From Patescibacteria group bacterium (lineage in GTDB: Bacteria > Patescibacteriota > Patescibacteriia > UBA11705 > JABHMO01), in the NCBI GenBank assembly GCA_018818405.1, contig JAHIRY010000027.1:1-41764 (forward strand): a stretch of DNA of 41,764 nt. The letters run 5' to 3'. Numbering within the stretch: position 1 is the first letter of the stretch; each line of letters opens with the position of its first letter. Below the pieces are notes generated by a model that worked only from the letters and a program-made list of their open reading frames with translations, did not search any database and had not been told where the DNA came from. Shown here in pieces: positions 37,640-41,764 of the stretch. The translations under genes were made by a program, and so were the position numbers.

Positions 37640-38995
37640 TTATTGAAACAACTTCAAAGAGAAAACTAATTTATTAATTGTTGATATTGGAATTTGTTCC
37701 TTTGTCACCACATTTGAAATGAAATTTTTTACCGAAGAAGTGGTGGCCGCTCCCAGATTTATTGACTTCAACAGAAAGATACTTATCAAATCCACTTTAA
37801 AATTTTCGCCTCCGGGAACATGCATTTGCATTATCTGATGAAAACCTTCTTTCAAAATATCAGTATCTTTTTCCGCACTTTCAAAAATTTTCTCCAAAAA
37901 GTTTTTCCAAATCAGATTGAATCTTTGATTTTTTCCGATCCTTTCTTCCAACTTTCTCAATTCTTGTTTTTTTCGCTCGACTTCCACATCAACCTTCTCA
38001 TTTTTTGTTATTGCAAACTGTCTCATAATGCGTATAACGGCTCGGTCATCAATAAATCTTTTTGTCGCACCCAAATAACATTCTTGCGGCGGCTCTGTAC
38101 CTTCGAAAACAGTGGATGATCCGAAATCAATAATATATCCTTGATAACTTTTTTCAGACGGACCTTCCTTTTCCTCAATCATAAAATTTCTTTGATGCGC
38201 ATCGCGCCAGCAAACTCCATTTTCATGCAGCGCATTGATTGCCGCGTTATACTGATCCAACAATTCCCGAGGAAAACGAAATTCTTTTCTTTCCAAATAT
38301 TGATAAAGCAATTCTTCATTTTTATTGTAAACTTTTTCCTCCTCAATACTTTTCGCTTCTCTCGTTTTGCCCTTTCCTCCCGGGTCGCTGAAACCGAGAG
38401 CCATTCCGACATTTTCATGCAATTCGGAAAAACTCAATTGATCCACAGCTGAAACAAGATGCCGCAATCGCGAATGCGTCTTTACCACCGCTCGATATAA
38501 ATAATTCGCCAGATCAACTCCGGGAATAAAATCCATCAAAATTATTTCCGCTCGACCCGGAGCGCTCTTTAATCCTCTGTTCATCAGGAAATCTTGAGTC
38601 GCTTTTGTCAACGAAATATCTCTGAACAAAATCGGATTCGCAACTTTCGCGATCGAACCGGAAGTTTTATTGATAATATCAAAAGCTCTTTTCTGCATTT
38701 CAAATTCATGTTTTCCCGCACCCGGCCGATAAACTTTCAAAACTTTAACAACGCCAGTACCTTCAATCGACAATCCGAATTCCCGCAGAACCTCACCGAA
38801 CTCAACACCCATATCATCACTTACTTTGTCAAAATCAACCAGAAAAACCACACCATTGTTGCCTTCATTTATTTTTTCCGCGTACTTCACCAAAATCAAT
38901 TCCATCTGAGCATCCAGGGCTTTTTCTTTTTCAGATGAAACCGCTTCTTCAACAGCCGGTATTACCGGCGCTCCGGTTATTTTTTTCTCTGCCAT
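37640..38995 (-). CDS. Protein kinase-like protein
   Basis: EGNNGVV Gly-loop, VVKVLK, LMDFIPG, HENGVCWRDAHQRNFMI, IIDFG. Confidence 0.85.
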   Translation of the reverse strand: MAEKKITGAPVIPAVEEAVSSEKEKALDAQMELILVKYAEKINEGNNGVVFLVDFDKVSDDMGVEFGEVLREFGLSIEGTGVVKVLKVYRPGAGKHEFEMQKRAFDIINKTSGSIAKVANPILFRDISLTKATQDFLMNRGLKSAPGRAEIILMDFIPGVDLANYLYRAVVKTHSRLRHLVSAVDQLSFSELHENVGMALGFSDPGGKGKTREAKSIEEEKVYNKNEELLYQYLERKEFRFPRELLDQYNAAINALHENGVCWRDAHQRNFMIEEKEGPSEKSYQGYIIDFGSSTVFEGTEPPQECYLGATKRFIDDRAVIRIMRQFAITKNEKVDVEVERKKQELRKLEERIGKNQRFNLIWKNFLEKIFESAEKDTDILKEGFHQIMQMHVPGGENFKVDLISIFLLKSINLGAATTSSVKNFISNVVTKEQIPISTINKLVFSLKLFQ

Positions 38996-39000
38996 AATTT

Positions 39001-39435
39001 TTAAGTAATAATTATTTCTCTGGTATTTTCATCCAGATCGTTAAATTTTATTTTTTTCATTCTAATTTTTCCTTTCCGCAAATAATCTTCCAGCCCGGCG
39101 CCCCATTCCACGAAACAAACACAATCATCGCGTCCGAAATATTCCAAAGCTCCGATATTTTCCAAATCATTAATATCCAATCCGCGATAAGTGTCAATGT
39201 GGATCAAATTTTTTATTTTCAAATGTTTGCTGATTTTATAAATCTTCATAATCACAAAAGTCGGACTGGTAATATTTTTCCTCAGATCAAATCCAACGGC
39301 AACGCCTTTCACAAAAGTGGTTTTTCCCGCACCCAAATCTCCGACCAACAAAATAACTTCGCCGCCTTTCAAACGCGCGGCGAATTTTTTCCCTTGCATT
39401 ATTGTTCCTTTTTCGCTTTTTGTAATTATTTTCAT
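39001..39435 (-). CDS. tsaE: tRNA t6A biosynthesis ATPase TsaE
   Basis: GDLGAGKTTF, TSPTF, HIDTYR, VEW. Confidence 0.96.
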   Translation of the reverse strand: MKIITKSEKGTIMQGKKFAARLKGGEVILLVGDLGAGKTTFVKGVAVGFDLRKNITSPTFVIMKIYKISKHLKIKNLIHIDTYRGLDINDLENIGALEYFGRDDCVCFVEWGAGLEDYLRKGKIRMKKIKFNDLDENTREIIIT

Positions 39436-39436
39436 T

Positions 39437-39714
39437 TTTAGCTGATTAGCTGATTAGCTTCTTCCCGCCGCGGGCGGGATAAATAGCTTTTTAGCTAGTT
39501 TAAAACTTTACGACTGATTTATATGTTAGGTGGCAACACCGCAGGTGCGAGGCAGGCGAATTATCTTTTCGTAATCATAATTTATCAGTTGCTTGGGATT
39601 TATAATTTGGAATTTAAAAATTGTTTAGGATTTCGTATTTCAAATTTCGGATTAAATATTTTGCTACATGCTACATGTTATGTGCTACATGATTAGTGCT
39701 CCTTGTTCCTTGCT
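39437..39714 (-). repeat. Modular intergenic element, copy C (tsaD-tsaE)
   Basis: TAGCTTTTTAGCTA, CACCGCA..GGCGAATTAT, TTTAGGATTTCGTATTTC, ATGCTAC repeats and TTAGTGCTCCTTG shared with copy A. Confidence 0.85.
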
Positions 39715-39726
39715 AATTACTCCCTG

Positions 39727-40788
39727 TCACTCAACCAACTCCCAATTCGGATCAGCTGTCAATTCTTCCGGAACAATAAAATCTTTTCCCTTCGCGTGAA
39801 AATATCCGGCGATCGCAATCATTGCCGCATTGTCTCCGGTCATTTCCATTAAAGGCGTTAACAATTTCGCTCGAGGCAATTCCTCGGCAACCGCGGATTC
39901 CAACGATTCCCGCAAAGCCTTGTTCGCGCTGACGCCTCCGCCCAAAACTATTGTTTTCGCTTTGTTCGCCTGTGCGGCGCGCATTGTCTTCGAAACAAGA
40001 CATTCGACAACAGCATTTTGAAATTCAACCGCCAACTCGCGGCGCGCTCTTTCCAATTGTTTCTTGTTTAAACTTAATTTCAAATCTCGCCACTTGTACA
40101 AAACAGCTGTCTTCAATCCGGAAAAACTGAAATTGAAATTATCGGAATTCAACATTGGCCGCGGCAGTTTAATATTAAATTCGCTTGTACGTCCGTCCAA
40201 CTTGTCCGCTTCATTTGAAATCGCCGGTCCGCCGGGATAACCCAGATCCATAATTTTCGCCGCTTTGTCAAAAGCTTCGCCTGCCGCGTCATCACGCGTT
40301 TCACCGATCAATTTGTATTTCAAAAAATCTTTCATCAAAATAATCTGCGAATGACCGCCGGAAACAACCAACGCAATGGCGGGAAATCGAATTTTTTGTT
40401 CTGCATCATTCTTGCCAGCGAACACGGAATACAAATGTCCCTCAATATGATTCGTTCTAATCAATGGTTTATGCAAAACCATTGCCAAAGTTTTCGCTGT
40501 TTCCACGCCAATCAAAAGAGAACTCATCAATCCGGGACCGGCGCAAACGGCAATGCAATCAACATTTTCTATTTTTACTTTTGCATTTTCCAATGCACTC
40601 TCGATAATCGGCAAAATTTTCTGAATATGCAACCGCGCCGCCACCTCGGGAACAACTCCGCCGTATTTCGCATGCGTTTTTACCTGAGATGCAACAACGT
40701 TTGATACAACCTGAAAACATCCATTGTCCGCTCGAACAATGGAAGCCGCTGTTTCATCGCAGGATGTTTCGATTCCCAGTATTATCAT
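39727..40788 (-). CDS. tsaD: tRNA t6A threonylcarbamoyltransferase TsaD
   Basis: LGIETSCDET, GGVVPEVAAR, HIEGH, VSGGH, DDAAGEAFDK, DNAAMIA. Confidence 0.98.
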   Translation of the reverse strand: MIILGIETSCDETAASIVRADNGCFQVVSNVVASQVKTHAKYGGVVPEVAARLHIQKILPIIESALENAKVKIENVDCIAVCAGPGLMSSLLIGVETAKTLAMVLHKPLIRTNHIEGHLYSVFAGKNDAEQKIRFPAIALVVSGGHSQIILMKDFLKYKLIGETRDDAAGEAFDKAAKIMDLGYPGGPAISNEADKLDGRTSEFNIKLPRPMLNSDNFNFSFSGLKTAVLYKWRDLKLSLNKKQLERARRELAVEFQNAVVECLVSKTMRAAQANKAKTIVLGGGVSANKALRESLESAVAEELPRAKLLTPLMEMTGDNAAMIAIAGYFHAKGKDFIVPEELTADPNWELVE

Positions 40789-40936
40789 AATTATTCAACA
40801 ATTCTAAAATCATTTTCTCATTTTTTTTGACAAAAGTAAACTCAAAAACATTTGACTTATCATATTTAATTTGTTATTATTTTTCTCGTTCAGTCATCTC
40901 GAAAAAAACGGTTTCTTAATTTCAAGATCAAATCAA

Positions 40937-41011
40937 GCCGCCATCGTCTAGGGGTTAGGACACCAGGTTTTCATCCTGGTAACCGGAGTTCGAGTCTCCG
41001 TGGCGGTACCA
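40937..41011 (+). tRNA. tRNA-Glu (TTC)
   Basis: Acceptor GCCGCCA/TGGCGGT, anticodon stem CCAGG/CCTGG with loop TTTTCAT, GTTCGAG T-loop, encoded CCA. Confidence 0.97.
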
Positions 41012-41047
41012 AAAAAGCATTATCGAAAGATAATGTTTTTTTGTTTT
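41012..41047 (+). terminator. Terminator after tRNA-Glu
   Basis: GCATTATC-GAAA-GATAATGT followed by a T tract. Confidence 0.8.
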
Positions 41048-41187
41048 ACTGAAAAAACATCTAATTGCTTTCAATATTCCAAAAATCGCCAACACATCAT
41101 TTAGCTGCTGCCATTGACAAAACCGCGGCTGTAATATAATATTCAAAGTAATCGCCAGGTCATTCTCAGCAGACACAAGGAGCAGAC

Positions 41188-41622
41188 ATGCGCACCAACC
41201 AACTGATCGAGTTCAGAAAAAAGCGAGAAAAAATTCTGAGAGAGTTGGACGCGGAAATTCGTTCAATGGCATCTGGCTTGTGGGATCGAATCCCCGCTGA
41301 ACTGCACAATTTCCGTTTCCAATTCTGGGGAAATGAAGTCGGATTTTTCAAATGGCTCAATGCCATCACAAAAGATCATACAGAATATCCTGCGCCAACG
41401 GGCTTGAAGTATGGACTTCCGGTTTTCTACTGCGCAAGAATTTTGAAAGATAACCTCGGAAATAACGGCTTCACCTCGCAGGAACAGGCAAAACAATGTT
41501 TTGAACAGCTCAGTCGTCACTGGAAAGGGGTTCTACAAACTGAAGTGAGAATTATGCCAAATAATTGCATCGAAATCTATTTCATGATCGATGATCCCGC
41601 GTTTACTCAGTCCGCGGACTGA
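41188..41622 (+). CDS. Orphan protein
   Basis: AAGGAG SD; TTGACA (41114)-17-TAATAT promoter. Confidence 0.7.
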   Translation: MRTNQLIEFRKKREKILRELDAEIRSMASGLWDRIPAELHNFRFQFWGNEVGFFKWLNAITKDHTEYPAPTGLKYGLPVFYCARILKDNLGNNGFTSQEQAKQCFEQLSRHWKGVLQTEVRIMPNNCIEIYFMIDDPAFTQSAD

Positions 41623-41673
41623 ATCAATCGGACAAAGTCCCCGCCTCTCAGCGTCATCGCCGAGGGGTTTTCA

Positions 41674-41705
41674 GTCAGAATACCCCCGCCAAAGGCGGTG
41701 GCTTG
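41674..41705 (+). mobile_element. IS200/IS605-superfamily-like terminal hairpin
   Basis: GTCAGAATACCCCCGCC-AAA-GGCGGTGGCTTG resembles GTCA..TACCCC..AAAGG..GCTTG ends; the rest would lie outside the window. Confidence 0.4.
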
Positions 41706-41764
41706 ATGAATGGGAGCGCCTCAAAGGCGCGCAACCCTCACCGCTAGTTTTCTTTAATTAATTA

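Noticed and set aside
40937-41764. Prophage or island integrated at tRNA-Glu
   Set aside because: No integrase or duplicated tRNA 3' end is visible within the window.

Overview
AT-rich bacterial chromosome segment, inferred to be Patescibacteria/CPR (Parcubacteria-like) from gene content, long charged tails on core proteins and SD-less leaders. The housekeeping backbone is ymdB, hup, hsp20, vanW-family, clpP, ftsK, recA, rpsF-ssb-rpsR, nusA, yidC, groES-groEL, ychF, a PilB/GspE ATPase, tsaE, tsaD and tRNA-Glu. Accessory DNA includes the 3' end of a PabI-like restriction gene, IS110 and Ltp remnants, an AAA-ATPase/RloB-like pair, a cluster of acidic coiled-coil proteins, a kinase and several orphan genes. 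Four signals stand out. (1) A ~450-nt promoter-to-terminator, highly base-paired non-coding unit lies between clpP and ftsK, with a second smaller one on the other side of clpP. (2) Three homologous modular intergenic elements sit inside the rpsF-ssb, groES-groEL and tsaD-tsaE junctions. (3) Core genes lack Shine-Dalgarno sites while about nine orphan genes have them, mostly with their own sigma70 promoters. (4) The acidic protein cluster shares short motifs. All family calls are by eye; no searches were run.
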